A stretch of 64,000 bases of DNA from Bdellovibrio sp. (GCA_036676395.1 JAKFCY010000003.1:416001-480000), one strand, 5' to 3'. Counted from the stretch's first letter, positions 1 through 10,771 are shown. Translations and numbers: made by a program. Notes: generated from the sequence alone by a model not told the origin.

Positions 1-1470
1 GCTCCAGCAAGTGTTGTGTTTGATGATTTAGAAGCTAAACATAAACCACTCATTAAAACAGAACAAAAATTTACTTTTAAAGTTTTAGAAAAAGCAAAAG
101 TAGCCAAACTTAATTACTACGTTTGTGATGATGCAAAAACTGTTTGTGAATCTCACGATCAAACTGTTGAGTTGACGGCAAAGCGCGCAGCTACTGATGC
201 GGCTCCGTATGATCGCGCAGTGGCCTCAGACGCTCCGGCAAAAAAATACGACAAACTAACGCTTTTAAAGTTTTCAGCGCCCTGGTGCCCGGCCTGCATT
301 CGTTTAAAATCAGAAACAATGAACAAACCTCAAGTTCAGGCGTTACTAAAAAAAGCCAACTTGGTTGAGATCAACATTGATCTGGTCGAAAACGAAAAAA
401 TATCTGATCAGTATGGCGTTAAAGCAATTCCCACGGTGATTTTAGTGAATGAACAGGGTGAAGAATTAAAACGTTGGCTAGATTACCAACCAGTAAAATC
501 TTTTGCTCAAGAATTGCAAGCAGCACTTAAAGAAACACAATCAATCAGCCAATTAACTGCAAAAGCCGAAGCTGGTGACGAAAAAGCATCAACGACTTTA
601 GCGTACAATTCTTATAGCAAAATGCAGTGGAAAGACGCGGCTAAATGGTTTTCTTTTGCAAAAGGCGCAAAAGAATTAAATTACAAACTATCTTCTGAAA
701 TTGCATTAGCTCAAGATGACCTAGGTGATTCAGCAGAATCTAAAAAGGCGTATCTTCAAGCTTTAGAAAAAGGCTTTACCCTCTCTTCTTCGACTCTTGA
801 TCAAACTCGCTGGAAGCTGGATTACTTAGAGCAACTAAAAGAACAAGAAAGACCAATTGAAACAGACGCGATCAAGGCACTACAGTTTCAATTAGCTGAA
901 ATTAAAAACAATAAAGACTTAAAAGGTTTATTCGCCAAATCAACTTTAGGTGATGCAGAAAACTTTGAAAAAGCAGAAATTTTAGACATGACAGCCCGTC
1001 TTTACAAAATTACTGACGACAAAGAAAACACGAAAAAAACTCAAGCTGAGCTTTCAACGGTAGTAGATAAAGTAAAGTTTTCGACAAAACTTCCGGGGCA
1101 AATGATTTCTGGAATTTGGTATTACGGCCAAGCAGCTACGCCTGAAAAAGCAGAGCCATTATTAAAACAACTCATTAAAGCATATCCCAAAACTTACGTT
1201 TACTATCAACGCTACGCGAGCTTTTTAACAAAACAAAAACGCCATGAAGAAGCCTTAGCACAAGCGAACTTGGCTTTAGAGTTTAAAGAGGGTAACGAGC
1301 CGCAATTAAGTTTAGCAAAAGTTAAAATCTTAAAAGAGCTTGGTAAAAAAGATGAAGCCGTAGCTTTGATCGACAGCACTTTAAAAATTACAGAAGCTTA
1401 CCCGCAAAAATACAAACGCACGCAAGCGGCACTTACAGATTTAAAGAAAAATCTTACAACAACGAAGTAA
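1..1470 (+). CDS. Thioredoxin-fold (WCPAC) plus TPR-repeat protein; 5' end lies outside the window
   Basis: Frame is open from base 1; FSAPWCPAC and YGVKAIPT thioredoxin motifs; helical TPR-like C-terminus. Confidence 0.8.
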   Translation, partial: APASVVFDDLEAKHKPLIKTEQKFTFKVLEKAKVAKLNYYVCDDAKTVCESHDQTVELTAKRAATDAAPYDRAVASDAPAKKYDKLTLLKFSAPWCPACIRLKSETMNKPQVQALLKKANLVEINIDLVENEKISDQYGVKAIPTVILVNEQGEELKRWLDYQPVKSFAQELQAALKETQSISQLTAKAEAGDEKASTTLAYNSYSKMQWKDAAKWFSFAKGAKELNYKLSSEIALAQDDLGDSAESKKAYLQALEKGFTLSSSTLDQTRWKLDYLEQLKEQERPIETDAIKALQFQLAEIKNNKDLKGLFAKSTLGDAENFEKAEILDMTARLYKITDDKENTKKTQAELSTVVDKVKFSTKLPGQMISGIWYYGQAATPEKAEPLLKQLIKAYPKTYVYYQRYASFLTKQKRHEEALAQANLALEFKEGNEPQLSLAKVKILKELGKKDEAVALIDSTLKITEAYPQKYKRTQAALTDLKKNLTTTK

Positions 1471-1494
1471 ATTTAATTTTAAAGCTGAAAATAA

Positions 1495-1523
1495 AAAAGT
1501 CGATCCTAATAAGATCGACTTTT
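1495..1523. terminator. Bidirectional intrinsic terminator
   Basis: AAAAGTCGATC-7nt-GATCGACTTTT between convergent genes. Confidence 0.8.
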
Positions 1524-1554
1524 CTATTTGTGAAAATGAATTTTAAGAGAAAAA

Positions 1555-1758
1555 TTATTGAACGCGTTCTGGAGAAGTTCCGTAAAAAACTTCATCGATA
1601 TAAATTAATAAACACTGACGTAAATCTTCAACCGTCATAGTGCTTGGATCTAATTCAAGCGCGCGAATGGCTGCAAAAAGTTCTGTCTCGATAACATCTT
1701 TATCCATCTTTGCTGCTTGAGAAAACACCTCAATTACTCGACTCATTTTCGCCTCCAT
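1555..1758 (-). CDS. Small hypothetical protein (start at 1758 or at the second Met, 1746)
   Basis: 67-aa ORF ending at the terminator; GGAGG lies upstream of the second ATG. Confidence 0.6.
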   Translation of the reverse strand: MEAKMSRVIEVFSQAAKMDKDVIETELFAAIRALELDPSTMTVEDLRQCLLIYIDEVFYGTSPERVQ

Positions 1759-1987
1759 GCGTGTCTAGAACGCCCTATCCATGGGCGTTTCAGGTTGATC
1801 AACTTTCTGTTGTTCTTCCTAAAGCTTCGACAATTTCATTCGATCATTGGGTTATTATTGTTTCAATTTTTTTGCGTAGCGGGGCAAATATTTAGACTTT
1901 GGTGGGCCAAGGCCAATATCTAGCTTTTAACGCTTTTTGGCTTAAAATTAGGGCAAAACCAGACTATATAATATTTTCTCGTTTCAG

Positions 1988-2021
1988 GTAGCCTTGACAG
2001 AGTAAAACGGCTACACATATT
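1988..2021 (+). promoter_or_regulatory. groESL promoter (TTGACA -35) overlapped by a CIRCE-like 9-9-9 inverted repeat
   Basis: GTAGCCTTG-N9-AACGGCTAC at 1988-2014; TTGACA at 1994-1999; CATATT at 2016-2021. Confidence 0.55.
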
Positions 2022-2054
2022 ACCTCTTGATTAAACAATAAACGGAGGCAATCC

Positions 2055-2354
2055 ATGGCTAAAGAATTAGGCGTACGCCCATTACATGACAGAATTTTAG
2101 TAAAAAGAACTGCAGAAGAAGATAAAACTGCTGGCGGATTATTTATTCCAGATTCAGCAAAAGAAAAACCTCAACGTGGCGAAATCGTAGCTGCGGGCAA
2201 AGGTCGCATTACTGAAGACGGTAAAGTATTACCTTTAGAAGTAAAAGTTGGCGATAAAATCTTATTCTCTAAATACGCAGGCACAGAAATCAAATTCGAC
2301 GGATCAGAATTCTTAATGATGCGCGAAGAAGACGTTCTTGGAATCGTACAGTAA
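2055..2354 (+). CDS. groES: Co-chaperonin GroES
   Basis: [26 protein letters not shown] motifs; GGAGG RBS. Confidence 0.99.
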   Translation: MAKELGVRPLHDRILVKRTAEEDKTAGGLFIPDSAKEKPQRGEIVAAGKGRITEDGKVLPLEVKVGDKILFSKYAGTEIKFDGSEFLMMREEDVLGIVQ

Positions 2355-2389
2355 TTAAATTTTTTTATTATCGTGTCGAAGACACGTAA

Positions 2390-4054
<1,665 letters not shown>

Positions 4055-4087
4055 TCCTTCGGGAATACATTGTTCTACTTAAAATTC

Positions 4088-4120
4088 AAAACCCAAGGTC
4101 TAAAAGCCTTGGGTTTTTTT
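4088..4120 (+). terminator. groESL intrinsic terminator
   Basis: AAAACCCAAGG...CCTTGGGTTTT followed by a T-run. Confidence 0.9.
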
Positions 4121-4209
4121 ATGTCTAAAATCCGTAAATTAGCGTCATTGCGATTTCATCACTACCCGATCGTAGAAAAATTAGAGCAAAATATTTTCGG
4201 AGGAAATTT

Positions 4210-4989
4210 ATGAAACATCTATATCTAGTGGTCACGCTGTTTTTTACTTTAATCGCGCAAGCAAAAGTGACTGTGGAAAAAATTGAGTATAAAGACGGAG
4301 ACACAGTTCTTGAGGGAATGTTAGTCGCAGACCAAGCCAAACTTAAAAACAAAAAAGCACCAGGCGTAGTTGTCGTCCACGACTGGATGGGCGTTGGCCC
4401 GTATGTGCAAATGCGGGCCGAACAATTGGCTGAAATGGGTTATATCGCATTTGTGGCGGATATTTATGGTAAAGGCGTTCGTCCCAAAGATAACAAAGAA
4501 GCTAGCGCTCAAGCCGGCAAGTATAAATCTGATCGTAAGCTTATGCGTTCGCGCGTGAAAGCTGCATTTGATGAATTAGCTAAGTCTAAGTTTGTCGACA
4601 GCGAAAAAATTTCGGCAACGGGTTATTGCTTTGGTGGAACGGCAGCACTTGAAGGTGGACGCATGGGTTTACCACTGAAAGGAATTGTTAGCTTTCATGG
4701 TGGCTTAAGTTCTGATAATCCAGAAGATGCAAAAAATATTAAAGCCAAAGTTTTAGTACTGCATGGCGCGATTGATCCAAATGTACCAGCTGCTGAAGTG
4801 GCGCAATTTCAAAAAGAAATGGATGCGGCAAAAGTTGATTATCAATTCACAGCTTATGCGAATGCTGTGCATGCGTTTACTGACAAAAAGGTTGGCAATG
4901 ATATTTCCAAAGGCGCTGCTTACAATGAGTTAGCCGACAAACGATCGTTTATTGCGGCTAAAGAGTTTCTAGCTGAAGTAAATCAATAA
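4210..4989 (+). CDS. Dienelactone hydrolase family protein, secreted
   Basis: Signal peptide; VVVVHDW, GYCFGG nucleophile, HGAID, HAFT motifs. Confidence 0.92.
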   Translation: MKHLYLVVTLFFTLIAQAKVTVEKIEYKDGDTVLEGMLVADQAKLKNKKAPGVVVVHDWMGVGPYVQMRAEQLAEMGYIAFVADIYGKGVRPKDNKEASAQAGKYKSDRKLMRSRVKAAFDELAKSKFVDSEKISATGYCFGGTAALEGGRMGLPLKGIVSFHGGLSSDNPEDAKNIKAKVLVLHGAIDPNVPAAEVAQFQKEMDAAKVDYQFTAYANAVHAFTDKKVGNDISKGAAYNELADKRSFIAAKEFLAEVNQ

Positions 4990-4990
4990 G

Positions 4991-5266
4991 TTATTTAAAT
5001 AAAGCTGCCTCTATTGCTATACAAGTTGAGGGATTAGGTTTTTCTTTGCCTTTTTCGATATTTGAAATGGTGGCTTGAGTAAGACCTGAATGTTGAGCTA
5101 AATCACTCTGTGTCCAGCCACGATGTTTTCTCAATGTTTTAATCTGATCGGGAGCAAGCCTTGAGCTCTGAAATTCCGATTTGGGCAATAGTGGAACGGC
5201 AACGAATTTATTGCCCTTCTCATCTGTTAAAATAGCCCCAGGATAGAGTTTAAACATGCAATGCAT
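4991..5266 (-). CDS. XRE/Cro-family HTH regulator
   Basis: IKTLRKHRGWTQSDLAQHSGLTQATISNIEKG. Confidence 0.88.
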   Translation of the reverse strand: MHCMFKLYPGAILTDEKGNKFVAVPLLPKSEFQSSRLAPDQIKTLRKHRGWTQSDLAQHSGLTQATISNIEKGKEKPNPSTCIAIEAALFK

Positions 5267-5274
5267 ATCGGCAT

Positions 5275-5320
5275 AATTTATATAAAACTATATAAATTTA
5301 TATAAAACTATATAAAATAG
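5275..5320. repeat. 10-bp-period TATAAA tandem repeat containing two TTTATATAAA palindromes
   Basis: tataaaacta/tataaattta/tataaaacta/tataaaatag; palindromes at 5277-5286 and 5297-5306. Confidence 0.75.
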
Positions 5321-5433
5321 CAATAAGGTCATAAGTCCTGCGCATTAGGGCTAAGGTACATGATTTTGAGACAATGACACTTTCGATGTAAGCATTTGAT
5401 TTGCAAATGATATCATTGAATAAGGAGGCAAAA

Positions 5434-5649
5434 ATGGGTAAAAGAGCATCTATGTTAGCTTCCGACGCACGCGAAATTGAAAAAGATGATTCAAATTTAA
5501 ATGAGGGCTCGACCTTTAATCTTGGCAAAAGAGTTATTATTCCTCAATTTGGCAGAGAACAAAAAATTGAAAATTTCGAAAAAACATTAACAATCGAAGA
5601 AATTAAATCACTAATTTTAAAACACCAAGAGATCGACAAAAAACGTTGA
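5434..5649 (+). CDS. Small hypothetical protein (71 aa)
   Basis: AAGGAGG RBS before ATG at 5434. Confidence 0.65.
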   Translation: MGKRASMLASDAREIEKDDSNLNEGSTFNLGKRVIIPQFGREQKIENFEKTLTIEEIKSLILKHQEIDKKR

Positions 5650-5681
5650 TTTGACACTTGGTTAGCTAGCACAATGAGCGA

Positions 5682-6671
5682 GTGTTAGTTACAGCTTCAG
5701 TTATAATATTAACATTTTTTGTATTACCAGTAGTTGGATCTGCAATATCCTTTAGATATTTTTTTCCAAAACACGCAATTAGAATTGGCGAATCATATTT
5801 GATTACTGTTGGAACTAGCCTAACTTTGCTAATTAACTCAATCCCCTTATATTTTCTATTTAAATTAATTTATCCAGACACTGTTGCTTTTATTGCAGAT
5901 GATATTTTCTATTATTTATTTCGCTCTCTCCACCAAGATATTAAAGCTCTCTTTATTTTTGGCATCATTACACTTATTTTGCCTATTAGTGCGTCTACTT
6001 TTATTTTTTGGAAATCGAAAAAATATTGGAATACTTACTGCGCGTATGTAAACGTAGATTTGTTGCCGCAAAAATTGTGGACGAAATTTCAATACAATGT
6101 TGGGCGATTTGTATCGGACACAGTATTAAATTACATGGCCAAACTAACAATATTTGAAGAAGAAAAAGAAGTTTTAATAATAGATATTTTAGATACGCAA
6201 GACTCACTATATTCAGGAATTTTTGTCGACTATCATACAGACAAGGGTGAACTAAAAGGAGTATCGCTAGCAAAAGTTATTCGATTTTCTTTTAAAAGTG
6301 AAGCGGCAAGAAAAGAAGAAAAAACGCAAATTGAAACAACATCTTTTAATGGAAAAGCAAACCAGCCGTATATTTTGCCCAAACTTGGCGAGATGTACAT
6401 TCCAAATGACAAAATTCAAAATTTACATTTTTGGAAGATACAAAAAGACCATGTCTATATGAGAAAAGTCGAGCGACCTTTTGATGAAGCTATGGTGGCA
6501 TGGTACCTATTACTTCAAAATATGTATCCAGATATGAATTTTAAAATTAAAGCTGTTGTTGAAAACTCGACGGACGAATGGCCGACTTTTACAAGAATCT
6601 TATCAACTCTGCCAGCATTAAGTTTAAGTGGTTTAGAAATTGTAGAAACTAAAGACACCAAAAAGTCGTGA
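5682..6671 (+). CDS. Membrane protein, ~3 TM helices plus C-terminal beta domain (DUF6338-like)
   Basis: Hydrophobic N-terminal third; IDILDTQDSLYSGIFVDY...YIPNDKIQNLHF; very AT-rich. Confidence 0.7.
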   Translation: MLVTASVIILTFFVLPVVGSAISFRYFFPKHAIRIGESYLITVGTSLTLLINSIPLYFLFKLIYPDTVAFIADDIFYYLFRSLHQDIKALFIFGIITLILPISASTFIFWKSKKYWNTYCAYVNVDLLPQKLWTKFQYNVGRFVSDTVLNYMAKLTIFEEEKEVLIIDILDTQDSLYSGIFVDYHTDKGELKGVSLAKVIRFSFKSEAARKEEKTQIETTSFNGKANQPYILPKLGEMYIPNDKIQNLHFWKIQKDHVYMRKVERPFDEAMVAWYLLLQNMYPDMNFKIKAVVENSTDEWPTFTRILSTLPALSLSGLEIVETKDTKKS

Positions 6672-6688
6672 GATTTAGCAGAAGTGAA

Positions 6689-7309
6689 TCAAACCAAATA
6701 AAGCGCGATACTGAAGTATTGAAAAATACTTCCGCCCATCACGAATAAATGCCAGATGCCGTGGAAGTGTTTAAATTTTTCATCAAGTACAAAAAAGAAA
6801 ACGCCGACGGTATAAAACATTCCGCCAATGGCCAACAAAGCTACACCGGGCGTGGGCATTGCTAACATTAAATCCTTAATAGCAAAAACAATTAACCAAC
6901 CCATGATTAAATAGATGAATAAAGATGGGATTCTGGTTTTTTTAGCGATGGTGAATTCACACATAATTCCGACAGCGGCGAAGCTCCAGATGATTCCAAA
7001 GATCCACCATCCGACAACGCCTTTTAATGCCACGAGAGTGAAAGGCGTGTAAGAGCCTGCGATAAATAAGTAAATCGAGATGTGATCTAATTTTTGTAAG
7101 ATAGCTTTAGGTTTAGGACCCGGAATGCTGTGGTACAAAGTCGAAACACCATACAACATGATTAACATAGCGCCATAAATAACAGTGCCGACTATTTTAA
7201 CAGAATCACCTTGAACTGTAGCTAAGGTAATCAAGACAGAAGCACCGGCGACTGCGAGTAACAAACCAATTAAATGAGAAATGCTGTTAAAGCGTTCGCC
7301 GTGATAAAT
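6689..7309 (-). CDS. Hemolysin III (PAQR/YqfA-type) membrane protein; probable ATT start
   Basis: STLYH, LDHISIY, AGSYTP, HGIWHLFV motifs; family-type N-terminus YHGERFNSISHLIG lies upstream of the ORF-track TTG start (7264). Confidence 0.9.
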   Translation of the reverse strand: MYHGERFNSISHLIGLLLAVAGASVLITLATVQGDSVKIVGTVIYGAMLIMLYGVSTLYHSIPGPKPKAILQKLDHISIYLFIAGSYTPFTLVALKGVVGWWIFGIIWSFAAVGIMCEFTIAKKTRIPSLFIYLIMGWLIVFAIKDLMLAMPTPGVALLAIGGMFYTVGVFFFVLDEKFKHFHGIWHLFVMGGSIFQYFSIALYLV

Positions 7310-7310
7310 A

Positions 7311-8879
7311 TTAAACTCCTTCGTACATGCGATCTTCGAATGCGGTCAGTGCAGCTTTTGCGCCCTCACCCATCGCGATCACGATTTGCTTAAATGGCGT
7401 AGTTGTAACATCGCCAGCCGCATAAATGTTTTTAGCAGAAGTGCGACCTTTACTGTCTACAACAATTTCGCCGAACTTGTTAGTCTCAACGATATCTTTA
7501 GCGAATTGACTATTAGGTAATAATCCAATTTGTACGAACACGCCTTCTAAAGTTTCAGATTCAACAGTGTTGGTGTTGCGATCTAAATATTGTAAAGCAG
7601 TAACTTGTTGGCCATTGCCGATAACTTCGGTAGTTTTTGCCGAAGTTATAATTTTAGCATTAGGTAAAGACTTAAGTTTTTCAACCAAGACAGCATCTGC
7701 TTTTAATGTGTCGTTATATTCAAACAACACCACTTCGCTAACGATACCTGCTAAATCAATCGCCGCTTCTACGCCTGAGTTTCCGCCACCGATAACTGCG
7801 ATTTTTTTACCTTTGTAAAAAGGACCATCACAGTGCGGGCAAAAAGCTACACCACGACCAAGATATTCTTTTTCGCCAGGAATATTTAATTCGCGCCATT
7901 TGGCACCCGTTGAAATAATAATCGAACCAGCTTTTAAAAATTCGCCGCTTTCTAAATGAATTACATTTTCAGCTTTATCAATTTTAGCAACACGACGATG
8001 TTCTAAAAGTTTTACCGGGTAACTTAAAACGTGTTGGTTTAACTGAGCCGCTAATTGTGGGCCTTCGGTGTAAACAACAGAAATTAAATTTTCGATACCC
8101 TTCGTGTCTTGCACTTGTCCGCCGAAGCGTTCTGCGATAAGGGCAGTTTTTAAACCTTTGCGAACACTGTAGATTGCAGCAGATGCTCCCGCTGGGCCGC
8201 CCCCGATCACAACGACATCGTAATCACCAAGATTTGCATCAGCACCAGAAATTTTGGCGCTAGATTCATCAAGACCAAAAGTTTCTTCTAATGTTTTTAA
8301 AAGTTCGGCAAAATTTGCGCGGCCTGAATGAATCATTTTGCCATCAACAACAACACTCGGCACACCTTGAACGCCAAGGCTTGCAATTTCATCTTGGGCG
8401 TAAGCGCCGTCGATAGTTTCATGTTGAAAATCATCATGAATAATAGCCATCAAGTTTAAGGCTTGTACGACGACAGGACAGTTTTCACAATCCAAAGACA
8501 TAAACGTTCTTATACGAATTGGTCCGCGTAAAGATTTAATACGTTGTAAAATCATCGTATCAGGAAGTTTGCCTTTTCCGTCTGCGTTTAATATTGCTAA
8601 AATTAAAGAGGTAAATTCATGGCCTCCGGGAATACCAGTAAAAAATACGCCCGTGGATTTTCCGTTTTTATGAATTGTAAATCGCGGTGGAACATCAGCG
8701 GCTGCAGAAGCAGGATCAAACTTCGCAGAAATTTTATCATTGGTTTCAGCTACGCCAGTTAACATTTCAACAAGTTCATTTTGATTGGCATTTGTGCTTT
8801 GTTCGTAAACTAGATCAATTTGATTTTCTAAATTTGCAAAGACACTTTTGAGCTGTTCTTTTAAATCGGAATCTAACAT
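7311..8879 (-). CDS. ahpF: Alkyl hydroperoxide reductase subunit F
   Basis: GHEFTSLILA, CENC, GGGPAG, CPHCDGP, GGGNSG motifs. Confidence 0.97.
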   Translation of the reverse strand: MLDSDLKEQLKSVFANLENQIDLVYEQSTNANQNELVEMLTGVAETNDKISAKFDPASAAADVPPRFTIHKNGKSTGVFFTGIPGGHEFTSLILAILNADGKGKLPDTMILQRIKSLRGPIRIRTFMSLDCENCPVVVQALNLMAIIHDDFQHETIDGAYAQDEIASLGVQGVPSVVVDGKMIHSGRANFAELLKTLEETFGLDESSAKISGADANLGDYDVVVIGGGPAGASAAIYSVRKGLKTALIAERFGGQVQDTKGIENLISVVYTEGPQLAAQLNQHVLSYPVKLLEHRRVAKIDKAENVIHLESGEFLKAGSIIISTGAKWRELNIPGEKEYLGRGVAFCPHCDGPFYKGKKIAVIGGGNSGVEAAIDLAGIVSEVVLFEYNDTLKADAVLVEKLKSLPNAKIITSAKTTEVIGNGQQVTALQYLDRNTNTVESETLEGVFVQIGLLPNSQFAKDIVETNKFGEIVVDSKGRTSAKNIYAAGDVTTTPFKQIVIAMGEGAKAALTAFEDRMYEGV

Positions 8880-8910
8880 AAGACCTCCTTGAGAGAACGA
8901 GAAGAGAAAG

Positions 8911-8967
8911 AAAAAAAGTAAGGCCGTTACTTTTTGGGAAGCAGTGCTCCCGAAAAAGGGACGGCCT
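8911..8967 (-). terminator. ahpC-ahpF intergenic hairpin with U-tract
   Basis: AGGCCGT/ACGGCCT outer stem and CTTTTTGGGA/TCCCGAAAAAG inner stem, followed by a T-run on the minus strand. Confidence 0.7.
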
Positions 8968-8981
8968 ACCTAAAGTAAAAA

Positions 8982-9551
8982 CTAGATTTTACCAACTAGG
9001 TCTAAACCTGGTTTTAAAGTTTTAGCTCCTGGAGTCCATTTAGCTGGGCAAACTTCATTCGGGTGAGCTGCTACGAATTGAGCGGCTTGCACTTTGCGAA
9101 GTAATTCATCAGCGTTACGGCCGATACCATTATCGTTAACTTCAGCTAATTTAATGTGGCCTTCTGGATTAACTAAGAAAGTGCCACGGTAAGCCATACC
9201 AGCGTCTTCAATGTAAACACCGAATGCGCGAGATAAGTGACCCGTTGGATCAGCTAACATTGGGTATTTAATTTTTTTGATTGTTTCAGAAGCGTCATGC
9301 CAAGCTTTGTGTGTGAAGTGAGTGTCTGTAGATACAGAGTAAACTTCAACGCCAAGTTTTTGAAACTCAGAATATTTATCAGCCATGTCGCCTAACTCTG
9401 TTGGGCAAACAAATGTGAAGTCTGCTGGATAGAAAAAGAAAACTGACCATTTACCGTTAAGGTCATTGCTAGTTACAGTTTTGAAACTGTTGTTATGGTA
9501 AGCTTGAACTTTGAAGTCCGTTACTTTTGTATTAATTAATGTAGCTGCCAC
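8982..9551 (-). CDS. ahpC: Alkyl hydroperoxide reductase subunit C
   Basis: YPADFTFVCPTE and EVCPAKW motifs. Confidence 0.98.
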   Translation of the reverse strand: MAATLINTKVTDFKVQAYHNNSFKTVTSNDLNGKWSVFFFYPADFTFVCPTELGDMADKYSEFQKLGVEVYSVSTDTHFTHKAWHDASETIKKIKYPMLADPTGHLSRAFGVYIEDAGMAYRGTFLVNPEGHIKLAEVNDNGIGRNADELLRKVQAAQFVAAHPNEVCPAKWTPGAKTLKPGLDLVGKI

Positions 9552-9628
9552 GAGGGCCCCCTTTTGTGTTTGTTATTGGTTGTTTATAAAACCGAATAAA
9601 TCTTATTAAGTTAATACTGCCAGCACAA

Positions 9629-9673
9629 ATACATAAAATCTATATTAATGCTTATAACATAGATATAATCTAT
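9629..9673. promoter_or_regulatory. OxyR-type binding site upstream of ahpC
   Basis: ATAG-N7-CTAT at 9659-9673 and ATAC-N7-CTAT at 9629-9643. Confidence 0.55.
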
Positions 9674-9856
9674 ATCTCATAAGGCAGTCCTTATAACGAA
9701 CAGGACCTTTGGGGCAAAATTGTCGAACTGCTACACAGTAATTTAAAACTTCTTCTTAATTTAAGATTATAGGGTTAGAAATTATATCTTTGAAATGAAA
9801 GTATATAAGATTAATAAAAGCAGTAACTTACAGGAAACAATACGGAGGTTTTCACA

Positions 9857-10360
9857 ATGGTTTTACGCATGTTGTATATTGCCCTTTCTTTAGGTGCCAC
9901 CCTAGTCTGCTTACCAAAAGCGTTTGCACAAAACGCCGTCGGTATAACAATAGGTGGCCCAACATATATTCACTTTACTCATGGTCTTGGCGGTCCTGCA
10001 GCAGTCGAAGCCGGGATTTCGTTTTCATATAATCATGCGACACATATATATGGAGACTATTTAATAGAAACACACGCTCCATTACGTAGCCCACAATTAA
10101 ATGATGTTGGTTTGTTTTATGGTATCGGTGGAATGATCGTTATTACGAATGATGACCACTATCATAATCATAAAAATGGTTATTACGGAGAAAACGACGG
10201 CGACGTTGGATTCGGTGTGCGTTTTCCGCTAGGTTTAGACTGGCGTCCGGCAAAAGCACAGAATTTTAGTTTTCATATAGAGATCGTGCCGATTATTGCC
10301 GTAGTTCCTGAAACTGAATTAGAATTTAATGCGGGCCTTGGATTAAAATATCACTTTTAG
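9857..10360 (+). CDS. Small outer-membrane beta-barrel protein
   Basis: Signal peptide (AFA), alternating beta strands, C-terminal GLGLKYHF beta-signal. Confidence 0.8.
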   Translation: MVLRMLYIALSLGATLVCLPKAFAQNAVGITIGGPTYIHFTHGLGGPAAVEAGISFSYNHATHIYGDYLIETHAPLRSPQLNDVGLFYGIGGMIVITNDDHYHNHKNGYYGENDGDVGFGVRFPLGLDWRPAKAQNFSFHIEIVPIIAVVPETELEFNAGLGLKYHF

Positions 10361-10411
10361 ATGGTCAGCAATTTGCTTCTTTGAAAAAGAAAACTAACAA
10401 AGAGGCAATAC

Positions 10412-10771
10412 ATGACAATTCAAATTATTTTACTAGCAGCAGCAATAACGATTGCTGCCGAGCTTTTTGCACAACCGACTACTGGTAGCAGGCCTGCTGT
10501 TTCAGCTGCAGCTATTATGGAAGATTCTACAACTAAAACCGATTCAGATCTGAAGACGACGAGCGAAAGTTTACCTGGAAGCATTGGCAAAAAGCCAACG
10601 ACGCCGAATACATCTGCAGAAGGTATCGGCGAAAGAAAAGGTCAAACAGATCCATCAGGGCCACATAGTTACATGGGTTCGCGTGCACGCGGCAAAGCGT
10701 TGCAAACGGATAAGTTTCCGCGTCTGCCAGTGACAGCTTCAGGAACGACACAACCAAAATCGAAATATTAG
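10412..10771 (+). CDS. Secreted low-complexity hypothetical protein
   Basis: GAGG RBS, signal peptide, T/S/P-rich sequence. Confidence 0.6.
   Translation: MTIQIILLAAAITIAAELFAQPTTGSRPAVSAAAIMEDSTTKTDSDLKTTSESLPGSIGKKPTTPNTSAEGIGERKGQTDPSGPHSYMGSRARGKALQTDKFPRLPVTASGTTQPKSKY

Noticed and set aside
1710..1923. Two short plus-strand ORFs upstream of groES
   Set aside because: No RBS or motifs; they overlap the minus-strand gene and promoter DNA
1881..1965. GGGCAAA motifs resembling the c-di-GMP-I riboswitch
   Set aside because: The downstream GAAA-tetraloop stem and GACGCAAAGC elements are absent; an Infernal/Rfam search would settle it
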